Of a DNA stretch of 64,000 nt, positions 1 to 12,325 are shown in pieces. The stretch's first letter is position 1. Each line of letters starts with the position of its first letter. A model generated the notes under the pieces. That model was not told the DNA's origin, searched no databases, and saw nothing but the letters and a program-made list of their open reading frames with translations. Origin of the DNA: Trichoplax adhaerens (lineage: Eukaryota; Animalia; Placozoa). The position numbers and the translations under genes were made by a program. The stretch spans positions 186,001-250,000 of the forward strand of contig NW_002060967.1 of the NCBI RefSeq assembly GCF_000150275.1, given 5' to 3'.

Positions 1-101
1 GTAATTTCTACTTTTCTATGACAATAGAAGACTGTTACGATATTTTAATTGATTTTATGGTGTAGCCAAGCCATGAAATGATTACCTCAATCATAATTTA
101 G

Positions 102-3100
102 CTAAACCAATAGTAGCTGTGTTTGTGAGTATAGTGCAAATGATACTGTAGAATCCAATGTTAGGGTTAGGGTTAGGGCCATATTAACAATTTTTATCAA
201 AGAGAGATTTTATAAACTTATCATTACATTGTTTGTATCCAGATAATACGTGTATACACCTTTTCATGTTTGGCTAGTCATTATAATGCATTGCTAATTC
301 TTTTATCTATCAGCACGAAAATTTAATTCTTGGTCAACTGCCCTGTTATATTGCAGCATTGGAACTTCTCATGTGGCCCATCAGAAGGCCAAAGTGTAAA
401 GTTTCGAAGCTGTAATATTTCAATGAATGGTATTTGCTGCGATTTATCATGCATTATTTTGTAAGGTAAATTATCAAGAGTCATTAATGAATATATTAAT
501 ATTAAAGATCTTCATTCATTTTTGATAGAAATATGAACGTTGAGATTGATAGTTTCGCTAAAACTCTCTTATCTTAATTAAGAGAAAAATTACAAACGTA
601 CCTATAGCATTTCAAGATTAATAAGAAAAAGTTGGATGGAATATTAGACAATTTTAACTCTAGAAAATAATTGAAAGCAACGCTTTGTTGTATAAATTTG
701 TTTCTATTCATTGCATCCTACATTGAATTGAATAAAAATTTCTTTTATCACTTCAGTTTAAGTAATCAACGTAAATAAAAGGTATGCAATGAAAAGTATG
801 CTTTTTGATTTTGTATTCTGTCTTTGAAAGTATATTAAGAAATGACAAAATTATTTCTTGTTTACTTTCCTATTCTATATAAATGTGTAATTCTAATTAC
901 TTCTTCGTTTTTCTATTTGGAGGGTGAGAAATAGTTTTATCGGCGTAAAAGTCCGAAATTGATCATTCTCGAAGAGTTACAGAATTGTGGGTGACATGTT
1001 TTCTTGGGATAAACTCAATTTTACTATGACAAGGCTTTGGGATGGGAGTTTGTTTTCTATGATTGCCAACACCTTTGTGTCATTAGTAGTTTTGAAGGTA
1101 TAAGCAAAGGAATTCATTTGTAAGTAGACTAGGGCGGAATGAGGCAAAAGACATTCTATTAAGCAGCATTCCTCTACGTGTATCTTAGTACTATGGCCAC
1201 TGTGTTGTACCGTCATCTTTTTAATGAATTACGGATTCAGGCTAATTAAAGAGGCGAATGATTTACGCAACCATAGCAGCAATCAGATTTGAAATCGATT
1301 ACGCGTATATCCTGTACGTATATTGAACGTATATGTTAATACCTTCGTTAGAAGTAGTTTTTTTCTCTTAGTGGACTAGTATTTCAATCATGGCATGATA
1401 TATTAATAGAGACAAAGTTTCGATTCTATTAGCAGAATTAAAACTGGGTAGATTTGCAATGAATGCGATAGCTCAGTTATTAAAGTTAGAAATTCTTCTA
1501 TTTTGACTGGAGTGAGATTTGTTTTTAGCAGTGGTCGACGCACCATGGCTCCGCACCGTTGCACTAAAGTTCACATCGCTAGTCAAAATGATGTACAGTA
1601 TAAAACACGGCAGCACTTGACGTCGTTGATTGTATTTCAAGTTAGTATAAGTTTTAATTATTATTACTCATGAATTGGGCAGTGATGTTCGCCGTTAATA
1701 AAATTACCCGTAAAAGATGTATTGATACTCCAAAATAAATGAGAACAAATACATGTCGAACATATTCTTTTCACAATGAAGGGGATTACCCCCTCCCATC
1801 AGCCCCTATATAAATCTAGAAAGAGGGACATTTTTAATATTCAAAGTAGCCCGTGCACTCATTGATTAACAATAATTGCTGTAGGTAGGTACTGTCTGAA
1901 ATCGATAAATAATTGGCAATATTGAAAAAATGGCGTGATGAAATAGCCTGCATGCAGTTTTGATGCACCGCAAGAGGGCAAATCATAAGTACATGTCACT
2001 AGTGGAATAGTATAGGTAAAAGAATGGTCACCGTCAAAATGATACCGGTGAAAAACACTTCAATTCCTAATCAGAGGTTTAATAATGAAGATTCATTTTT
2101 AAGTTACCTTTTAAGATTGGATAATTTAATCAGTATGGTCACTTTCAAAGTAATCGATTGAGTTGAACTACAGTTTATTGTACTGTGTATCTTAGTCTAC
2201 GTGTATTGTAAACCGGCTACTTTATTTGGGTTAAAACGGAACCTTATCCGATAGCATAATCTCGTTGAGAATTCTACATCGTAAGATTGTGTAGCGATAT
2301 ACGTGTATTTGGTTCGTGTTTTTATACCAGTCATTATAACCTAAATTCGTCTACAGTATGATAACGCGGCTACCCATTTTCCACCTTGCCGCAACATTGA
2401 CATTTCTCCTGGGAGACAAGACGTGACTATCAGAGGTTTGTCGATGCCACGAAACCGCTGAAAGCGATTCCGCGTCCATGAGGAACCTCTAGCCCAAAGC
2501 GCAATTTTCTATTTTTCACTGAATTATTATCACTGCTGTACTTGATCACGTCATTCAATGACTCAACGCACTATTTCAGAGCGCTGCACTGCCAATCCGT
2601 TTGCATCTTGTCGACTTCGACTGAACACTGAGCAGAGAGCAGGTGGTGAACTAGTGATGCTATAAATAAAAACAACGAAATGAACTATTTTTGCCTCCAA
2701 CTGATTCTATCGCTTTTCATCATACACCATAGGAAAGTGCATGTGCCATTTCAGCCCTTGCTGTAATTGCAACAACAGAGCTGGAAGTCAACGATTTACT
2801 ATTCAATGTGCCATTTCAGTCGTCGCTAACGTTGTAGTGGCATTGGATGCTAATAGCTATCCCATTAGTCGAAAGTGTCACTGGACTTGGACGCACCTTA
2901 CTACAGACTACGATTGGGCAAGAGATGACTGCACCAAGGTCAGGCCAACACGACTTGTGTTGGTATATTGAGTTGCACTTGTACCCTTGGACACTGTACA
3001 GTCCTGGAAGAAGTTGGTGGCTGCCATCGGGGAAGGTCGGGGAAGGGGGGTACTAACGAATACAAGGCAGGAGGATAAGCTTATTTATTCCTTGAGTAGC

Positions 3101-3336
3101 TGTTAGGCCATAGAAATAAATGAGATTTTTTTGACTCAATGGCTTAACAATAACTAAGCCCAGTCGATCTTCCTCTACCCTGTACTGTGCATGTCCATTT
3201 CACTTTTAAGTTTGGATTTCTGCTTTTCATCTTATTTTGCGCATGGAAATCGCAGTGTAGTTATGGGCTTGAGCGACTGGATACAGATCACTACAGTAGA
3301 AATGACCAGTTGAAACGGTCATTTCTCAAATTTTGA
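102..3336 (+). CDS. 5'-partial multi-exon Cys-rich protein resembling an IL-17 receptor ectodomain; no TM segment seen (putative soluble receptor-like protein)
   Basis: Phase-compatible GT-AG exons 1529-1640, 2357-2435, 2580-2642, 2733-2938, 3256-3336 (TGA) read SGRRTMAPHRCTKVHIASQNDVQYKTRQHLTSLIVFQ|YDNAATHFPPCRNIDISPGRQDVTIR|ERCTANPFASCRLRLNTEQRA|GKCMCHFSPCCNC...DDCTK|CSYGLERLDTDHYSRNDQLKRSFLKF*. Less certain upstream exons 102-124 (KPIVAVF) and 357-429 (HWNFSCGP...). IL-17R resemblance judged by eye only. Confidence 0.5.
160..178 (+). repeat. Interstitial telomere-type (TTAGGG)3
   Basis: gttagggttagggttaggg inside a putative intron. Confidence 0.7.
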
Positions 3337-3630
3337 ATACAGTACTGTACACTGTACAGTGCAGTGCTGTACAGTGCATACAGTACAGTACAGTACTATA
3401 CTGTACAGTCGCTACAGTGTACAGTGTACAGTACAGTACAGTGTACAATACTGTACAGTTCCGTAAAACGTCACTCTCCCAAATCTGAAGCCAAAAAAAT
3501 TCGCGAAACGAACAACCTACAGTACTCTGCACTGTACAGTACAGTACTGTACAGCGAGTAACACAATACAGTACTGTACACACTACTGTACAGTACACTG
3601 CTCAGTAGTGTGGACTACAGTACACTACAT
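3337..3630. repeat. TACAG/TACTG-rich low-complexity island (self-complementary TACTGTACAGTA units), promoter-proximal
   Basis: Dense tacagtactgtacactgtacag repeats about 320-610 bp upstream of the ATG at 3947; explains spurious ORFs 3326-3598 and 3364-3561. Confidence 0.8.
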
Positions 3631-3946
3631 ATCCTTTCCTTACCATCCGGACGGTACTGGAATGCACTGTGAACACGCAAAAAAACACAAACAAGACGAT
3701 ACACAACTTTGAAGTACTCTATGTATAATATGCAATCCTACACACTTGATAAACAGTCTTGATGACATTTTTCCAACACATGGCGTTGGTAACTGTTGTC
3801 CGCCTTCTTGATGTTATCACTTAAGAAGCTTCATCGAAATCGCTATAAAAAGATTATTTATGATCCTTTGGTCCATTTGATAACTGTATAAAAAGCTAAA
3901 GTGAATCTTGCCTGCAATTACCTACTAGTCGATCTCGGAAATCCTC

Positions 3947-6900
3947 ATGGAGATACGCTGGAGAAACTGTGTCCTTCTTTATTTTTGTCTAGTCATAGGC
4001 ATTGCCATGTCGGTGAGAAAGAATTTTTCCGACGAAGCACTATGGCGATCGGCTTGTGCTCGAGTTTGTAGAGAGGTAATGTGCTAAACTACTACCCAAT
4101 CTTTACATTCTATTATCGCCTAGCATTCGAAATTTCCATCTCCATGTTACAGCAATTTTTTTTCCATTTACTTTTACCTTCCATTAATTTCCTTGAAAGG
4201 AAATGTTTTACCACCACTAATTATATTTGGATGGAAAATGCCTTTGCATCATCTTTGAATTTCATATTGAGTCCCAAACTTACATCATCAATCCTTCCAT
4301 TGGAACATACATGATATAGCCTTATACTGAATGGATGGAAATGGAAATTGATGAATGTTGGATACATAGTTAGAAAACATTTACTCTTGATTAAGCCAAG
4401 TATTGACGGAGAAGAAGTTGTTGTACTGTTCAGCTATGCTAGTTTCACCTTATTGTGTACAGTACTTGTGTGTACTCTCTACTGTACTGTACATTGTGGT
4501 GTTGCCGTTTTTACTGCTGTGCGTACGGGGTACGGGTGCCGGTCAGCGTAGTGTCGGAAACCAGCGATCTTGCGTAGTACTGTACAGTAAAGAAAACAGG
4601 AATGTGCTGTCATAGTAGGGAGACTGCGGCACTTTACAAAATAAAAATTGGTTAGTGACTTCTGAGTGTTTTCATGTTTTACATATCGGCTAAAAGTCAT
4701 TTACCATAATTTTAAGAAATCCAATTTTGACCTGGCCTTTTTCTACGCAAAGGAAATAATTCTTGTAGACTCTCGGATAAAAGTGATAGCGATCCCTTGA
4801 ATAATGACTGTGTATTCAACGGAGAGGCACGTAAACTCTCGGACTGTCACTGTTACTAGAATAGTAGGCACGGCAGAACTTGAGAAGTACCGTCGTGTTT
4901 TTTTTGTGGATTAACTCATTAACATGATGTTACAGTTAAGTAATATTTAGTGTCGTCTGCTTTCTTTGGGCAAAAACAAGTTCTAATTACAAGTTAGTAA
5001 ATTGGTAGAGTACCTGTCTGTGTCTTGTATTGATAATTTGATATACATGTGCAATACAGTGCATTTTGAAAATTGGAGTTGCAATGCTCGGTATTCCCGT
5101 ATATGCCTCTGGATCATATTATTTTTTTTCCCTTCCATTTTTTTTTTGGTAGCGATGATGTCCTTTGTACGGTCTTTTAAAATGGGTTTTTCCGTGACGA
5201 GTTATATTTTTGCTCACTCATTTCTATCAAGGCAGACAGTAATACCCTATAACTAGCGTGATTATACCGTACCGTACAGTATGTCGCAACTATCTCCCAT
5301 GAAAAATTTTCAAACTTTGTACTTATGTATCCCGATAAAGAGTAACAAATTGATTGCTGCTATTCTACGGCCTTCGTCCTGTTTTGTCAATTGGGTTGCC
5401 GATCCGGGCGCACAGTATGCCGTCGTGCCGTCTATGTACAGTATCCACTATAGACTGAAAAAAAAGTATGTACATTACTGATTAACTACTCTAGACCGAC
5501 CCTGATTCTTTATTTGCCTTTTCAGTTTTGCCACACAATTTCGTGTAGCAAACTGCTGGTGTTGAACACCACTAAAGCCTATTATTGAATACTTATTTTA
5601 CTAATTGTATCTCCACCGCTTAATTATTGAAGCAAGATAATCCCAATGTTCTTGGCTTGTTTTAAATTTCGCTTAACATAGAGAAAGACGTCAGAATGTT
5701 TGACTTCATCATGTACGTCAATCCTATTCGACGGTCTCTATGCGTTTCGTGCACTAACGTTGGAAAAAATTTTTCTCTTTTTTTCTTTTTCGGATGGCAT
5801 TTTTTTTTTTTCACTGGACCAGTACCCTGGTTCACACACTGTCCAATTCTTACAGTACAGTACAAGAATTTGGGTCTACTGTACCGTAGGAAAATGATTG
5901 TAGCTATCCTAATACTGTACTGTTTTGTACAGTATTACCGTCAACGCTACAGTACGATACTGTACTGGTGCGTATTCTATGCCAATCGATTGCGGTTGAC
6001 CCCTTTTATTGATCAGAAGATATCTATATCTATACTGTATATACTGTATGTTGTATAGATATAGATATAGATATACTGTATATAGTATAAATAACTAACT
6101 AGATCTTAAACAATAATCTGCGATGCAAAATAAGAGATGGGTTGGGCTAGTGGAAACAGTACAATGCTGCATAATAGTGTCCTTTTGCCAGCCCTTTTCC
6201 GTGATTAGTGAAAGAATAGTGTACAAACTAGAATGACCTGAGACAATTACAACACGATTCTCTACTCTACACTACCGTATGATACAACGTACACTGGTAT
6301 CATGATTATCATGAATTATTTGTAAAAGGGAATCGTGTAAATGAGGACTTTGGCGATTTGAAAATTTCTAAAATGCGTGGATAGACTATTTTATTACTCT
6401 GTAGTACCATGCAGAATCAAATCAGATTGAACGTGAATGGTATAATTCTTAACCACATTTGATGCTTATATTGATTTTCTTCTTCAATCTTGTTTTATTA
6501 GGAAGAGGTTCTTGGCAATGAACCTTTATGTCTGTTGAATGATAGTGTATGTAGGCGTGCCTGCGAAATACCTTGCCACATGAAAAAATACGACGGTGTT
6601 CTAGACTGTGAGAAAACTTGCAGTGTCGAAATAAGCGCAAGAAATTGGACTGAATTTGAAGTATGCAAAAGTAACTGCAAGCTAGCAAGCAAATTCTTTT
6701 TTATTCCTTTAAGACCATGTAAGTTGCTTTATGGTATAAACAACGCTTGATTATTTACTATCGCAATTTTTTACAGCACTGATTGACAGTGCTGTGATAA
6801 TTGTCATTGAGTAAATCATTTATCGTAGAATTTTTTAAAACAATATAGCAAATGATTGAAATATGTTATTATATACATTCGCAAGTGCCAGCTATCGGTA

Positions 6901-9419
6901 ATACTCTTAATAATATACTGTATCTTGATATTGGTCATTTATAGACGTAGATTTTAAGAATCTATCGCTTCCCGAATTTGAAAAATATATTGGAAGTAAG
7001 AGGCATCGTATTAATAACAATAGCATTATTCAATTTTGGGTTCTTATTGGAGTAGTCAATTTTCATTGAATTGTTAACCTCGACATTGAATAAATGATGG
7101 ATTTTATTAATCTTAGCCGACCTATCTTGGCCGGATCTGCGATGCAATGATAAAGGCTTTGTTGTATCTCCACCTCCACAGCACGACGATCCATGTAAGT
7201 ACTGTAGAGATAGTCCCAATTTAGGGTGAATATCGTAATGCTGTATTCTTAAGAATGTATCAAAAGTATTTCATCATTAATAACTGGTGTCATCACTTGC
7301 TATGTTTCAAACCGCAAACGATCAAATATGTACTTGCCCTAGAGAACTACCATCCGATGTAATAACCGATGATTTCTTTTACGTACCTGATAACAAATCT
7401 TGCTTGACTGTTACCGAACATGAGCATCTGACTTTACAGTTGCGCTGGAATGGACGTAAGTTTCCTTAATACCCCATTAGTAGTCAGTAGATGAATTACA
7501 ACTCGCATAAAGTAGAGTGCATCCTTAATAAGTTGAAATCATCTAAGGTGATGAGATACTGCTTTTATATAGCTTCTCATAGAATGTACGAAGTTATCGT
7601 GACTGACGTGATCAACGAAAATAGTTCTCAGCCGTTATATCGATGTAAAGTAGTGAAAGAGCCGAAACTCGACTTAAATAATATCGATGAAATATTTCCA
7701 TTATCCCAAATACACAAGGGGTTAGCTGTTTCCATCATTGATGCTGAACCAAGGTATCTTTTGAAAGTGCCACAGTACGTTGTAAAAACAAATAGCAAGG
7801 CCGCCCTTTACGTCAACGGAAAACTTGGTTTAATTCCTCCCAAAGCTTCTACACCTTCCGTAGGAGTTATCGCTACAACAAGCACCTTAGCAAAAACAAC
7901 CGTTGAAGACACGAGCAAATCGACTACTGATTATGCAACGACAACAACGGCAAAGACTGCTAAATTGACAACATCACCACCGGGTATAGGCTTATTCTGT
8001 ATGATAGAATCATTTAAATAATCACGTTGCCGTTCTAAACCGAATTATACTCTTTTCAGGAACGTCCTTATCGGAAGTCACCTTAATAGTAGTCCTAGCT
8101 GTTGTTGTTACGGTAGGCGCAATAATTGGCGCCTATTTCATATATAAATGGCACAAGAAAAGATCACCAGTTTTGAAAAAAGAAGAGGAAATTACGAAAA
8201 TGCCTTCAAAGCTCGTGAAAGATGTCTTACCACCGCCAAATCTACCTGTGACAGGTATGATATTCTTTACTTTCAATAACTTGACACAACAATATACATA
8301 CAATGTAATGCGGTATCATTCATCCGGATTAGGCGAATGCCAAAACGAGAAATGTATTGAGCAATATAAGCTGTTGGAAAAAAGAGTTGATGAAATTTTA
8401 ATGGGATTGAAGAATGGTGAGTACGATTTTATCGTTGCAAATGATATTCTTCTTGATATCTCTTTTACGATAAGTAGCTAACGTTGACGTTGTCGTTACG
8501 TTTTATTATTTACATAGACCGTCCAGTTAATCTAACACCAACCACGGTTTACATAGCCACAGCCAACGTGTGCCCAACTGTCAAGACATTAATGCAGTCT
8601 TTACAAGCCCTTGAGTATGATTGTGCTCTTCCAGCAATGGAGAAAGACAAGGCTTTTGAAGTTGGTGATGGTCCTTGGACGTTTCAACGATTAGCCTCAG
8701 CAAGCAAGGTTCAATTACAGTTGACAGTCATAATTTCCTTATCTAAATTGTTGATATGAAAGTTCTATTGATTATTTATTGATAGTTGTTGCATTTCCCT
8801 CTTGTGTGCAATTCTACGCATATAGATTATTATGATTGTAAGCCAAGAGCTGCTCAAATGTATTAGTCTCTTCGAGAAAACATTAAGCGTTGGAGATTCT
8901 GGTGGTACCTTTTCGAATTCAGAACTTCGAATGATTTGTGAATGGAAATATGCACTCAGTTTGGAGTATGACTTTCCTACACAGAGTCGTCTTATTTTGG
9001 CTGCAGTAGACGATACTGATAGTGATACTATCAAGAGTATTCTCACTTTACAATCCAAGTCTGTGCTAAGATTGCCCGCTGATCGATGCAAAATCTTGGC
9101 GGCTGTGACCGGTTTATCGGAATCAGATTGTCGCGTTAACATTACTGTACAGAAGACTATGCCGGAGAAAAAGTCCGATCAACCTGATGATCGATTTGAA
9201 ATACCGCTATCGGATGAACTATTAAGGGAATTGTCATCCTGTGAAGACAGTTATGCATCTGATGATGATAGCGATATATCAGATAATGACACTTTAAGTA
9301 TCATTATTAATGAGAATCGCCTTCCACCCCTATTTGTTCCGGATGTAAGTATACCAATAGAAGATATCGGACGTACAAAGACCCAAACTGAAATGATCGA
9401 TCCATACGCTTATGCCTAG
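3947..9419 (+). CDS. Type I membrane receptor: signal peptide, Cys-rich (anosmin-like) box, FN3-like domain, Thr-rich stalk, TM, SEFIR/TIR-like domain, acidic tail (IL-17R/Sef-like)
   Basis: Exons 3947-4075, 6405-6439, 6555-6718, 6945-6995, 7117-7198, 7343-7455, 7573-7983, 8060-8254, 8333-8416, 8518-8708, 8826-9419 are all GT-AG and phase-consistent. Signal MEIRWRNCVLLYFCLVIGIAMS; TM VTLIVVLAVVVTVGAIIGAYFIY-KWHKKR; cytoplasmic TVYIATAN...VKTLMQSLQALEYDC...GDGPWTFQRLASASK|IIMIVS fits the SEFIR box pattern. Confidence 0.8.
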
Positions 9420-9477
9420 CGAATGCATAAATTTTTCGTTTTAATTTACTGTAAGTCATATTACTATGTAACATTTA

Positions 9478-9509
<32 letters not shown>

Positions 9510-9599
9510 AGTATTGGATTAGAGATATAACTTATCGCTATAATTGCAGTTTTGATTAAATTTGATGCGCTTGTTACTAAAGCAAGATTTGGTTACGCC

Positions 9600-11750
9600 C
9601 TGACTTATGCGTGACCTGACTGGAGTCATCACATAACTTGTATCACAATCACAATAATTGACGGATTATGTATCTATTTGTATTGTTTGATACCTGTAAA
9701 TTCCTTCGTCGAAGATTGATTTTGGTGTTGTTAGCATTAAATTACTTTCGCTAACTGCAAAAATATAATTGTAGATATATCATTAACCACCAGTAGTACA
9801 ATGTACATTATAATTATACGTTACTGACTCTAAATCTCTATTGATGACATTTTTCGAAGCGTAATTCTATCAGAATTATTACCTCTATTTTATCTCGAAT
9901 AATGAATGAACTGGTTCACGCTAAAGTAAACTATTATTGTCATTATATGTATGTTTTCTCACCTTGTTAATTATTATAAATGCAATTTAAAGTTGTAAAT
10001 CTTACTGTTGATAAAACCATAAGTGTAATTGTTCTAAAATTATCAAGCGTGCACTCAAACATAATTTGCCACCTGTGCACCATTATCCTATTTTAATAGT
10101 TGTAACCTAATACATGTTTATCTTTTACAACTTTGAAAAGAATAACTTCAGGTAAAGTGGCAACTGGATAATACAAAACTATTCGTTATAAAGATATTAA
10201 TTCATTTCTCTCTCTTTATATGCAAGTACGCTTAGAGTGAGAGAAATTTTAACGTATTATTAGTTAGTTCATTAGTATATTTTGTGGTATCAATTACGCA
10301 GTCAGCCATATTGTACAATATAAAATAATCTCTTATCAAAGGCTAATTCTATATACAGTAATGATAAATGTTGAATTTTATTGATTAATATACTACCACC
10401 TGGTTAATTAAATTATGTATCTGATCTCATTTTGAGTAATTTTTGTTCCATTGAAGGGTTTCATTAATTAATTATTAATAAACAAAAATTTTACTGCTAT
10501 TCTGTGAAGAGCCTATCAGTAATTACGTAAAAGAATAACGAGCGAACAAGTTCTATGTTCAATTTATACCTTATCAAAGTAGATCAGATTAGAAAGTTGC
10601 TGCAGTAGAAGTATACCTGCCGTTGTTGAGATAAAGTGTGTTGTATCGAACTTCAATTTTACTACTACAGTACTCATATATTTAATTGAGCCGTATAAAA
10701 TTTTGGGACTGCCCTTGTTTCAAGAAAATGGTGTGGGTTTTACAAGAGACGTAACCAATCACCCACAAGTTCAATAAACTAAATCAACAATAGGATTGCA
10801 TGGAGCACTGGTCTGTTACTCTTGGAATACATTTGCGAGAACATTGATGACAATCGAAATTTAAAAGTAATTCATGAGTAAATTAGTTTTAGTAAGTTTC
10901 ATAGGTAGTCCTGGTTCCTAAATACACTTGAAAGATTAGCGTAGAGCTATCGGCTATTATTGCTTCCTCAATGTAAACCAATCAAGGTAAAATTTCAAGT
11001 TCGAATGCATGACAGAGTCCATCACCACTCTATCCATAGCACAGTGTGATCCTCGACTGGTCCAATTCATTGTCACGATTTTGACTAATTTCAATCTACG
11101 GTCTGCCATCTTGTGAAACATTAGCAATGATGTCAATTTCCCTTTTATACACTTATATCCGTTTCCACTAGTAATAGGCTGTTGGCACTTTACAATCCGT
11201 AAAATTGTGCCTTATATCAATTTCGAGGATTGTTGAAATCAAAGTCGTAGACTTAGAGCTACTATGCTATTAATAATCACTGTGCACTTTATAGTCACGA
11301 CTTGTTAATAATTTACATCAGTAATAGTAGACATCTGTTTTACATCTTTGGTGAGGGGTACCGTCATGACGTCAGTATTGAACCCTGCAGACTCTGGGTG
11401 TACAATAGTATAGTGTCCCAAACAGCTGTCTGAGGCTATACTAAACAATGTATTACGATCGTCACACATTGGAGCCTACACTCAGCTCCAGAACGAGACA
11501 GTTTCGGACAGAGTGGATGGATGACCTATACTATTAAATAAAAAACATCAGCTAGCCGGGACTATTTACTATAAGCTTCTTTCCTCTGTTTACCTCTATT
11601 TACCTCCAGCATCAATCAGTTCGTTTTCACCATCGTAGTTATCCTGGCATTCCAATTCATTCAGAAGCTCGATAGCATAAATTAAAAGTATCGCCAAGGC
11701 AATCAATATCGATTCAGTTTTTCAATTTTAAAGATTAGACTGTTAAAGTG
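9600..11750 (+). pseudogene. Decayed LRR-GPCR (LGR)-like relic
   Basis: Stop- and frameshift-ridden fragments in LGR order: LRR-like YLYFISNNE (~9880), ILPPG*LNYVSDLIL (~10390), hinge ESCCSRSIPAVVEIKC (~10590), IAWSTGLLLL (~10795), DWSNSLS..GLPSCETLAMM (~11055), VYNSIVSQTAV*GY (~11400), QLAGTIYYKLLSSVYLYLPP (~11550). Boundaries approximate. Confidence 0.4.
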
Positions 11751-11835
11751 GGAGAACGTGATCTAATTCTTGCTGACGTGATCAAGAAAGGAAAGCAAAA
11801 CAATCTCCAGATTGATACGATCGATGGATTAAAAA

Positions 11836-12325
11836 ATGGCTGCTTTAACAACATTAATTCAAATATGGCTAACATTGCTCTCCATTGGTATCCTTGGCCA
11901 ATCGGACTGTCGGCAGTTGTCACTGCTAGCGAACATGACTGTAGTGGAGAAAATTGCTTTTGAATCGTTAGGCCGACAAATGTGTATTGGCAAGGTAAGG
12001 GCGATCGATAGGAGGTTTTGTCTTGAAATAGTAAACAGTAGACGGTATCAATGTTGACGATAGTTTAATCATCTTCTAGAATACATGTAGACCCAATGAC
12101 ACTATTCATAATCATTACAGTCGACTCCAATTGCGCTGTAAAAGAGAGTGCAAAATCAATTCTTTTCCAACCTATCAAATTACTTTTCAATTGATTTTAT
12201 TACTTGTAATATTACTATCGACTTTAGCGATGGTAATTCGTCGCTATAAAACACAAAAATCTGCGAGTGTCAAAAATTTCACGACCACGTTTTCCCTAAC
12301 CCTAACCTCTACACGAAGTGGCTGA
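11836..12325 (+). CDS. Possible small single-pass membrane protein (~134 aa, 2 exons); alternatively part of the adjacent GPCR relic
   Basis: Exon 11836-11994 (MAALTTLIQIWLTLLSIGILGQSDC...MCIGK|gtaagg) joins in phase to 12080-12325 (NTCRPNDT...CKRECK...FQLILLLVILLSTLAMVI-RRYK...SG*). Confidence 0.4.

Noticed and set aside
160-178. Telomere end or chromosome fusion site
   Set aside because: Only three TTAGGG units within an intron; too short to imply a telomere
1781-1792. NF-kB-like near-palindrome GGGGATTACCCC
   Set aside because: Deviates from GGGRNWYYCC, single intronic instance, no supporting evidence
3326-6058. Cys/Thr/Val/Tyr-rich ORFs (3326-3598, 3364-3561, 4348-4700, 5662-6058)
   Set aside because: Translations of TACAG/TACTG low-complexity DNA or poly-T tracts in promoter and intron sequence
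8765-9142. 125-aa minus-strand ORF (similarly 48426-48653, 59703-59939, 60156-60500)
   Set aside because: Antisense shadows of real coding exons
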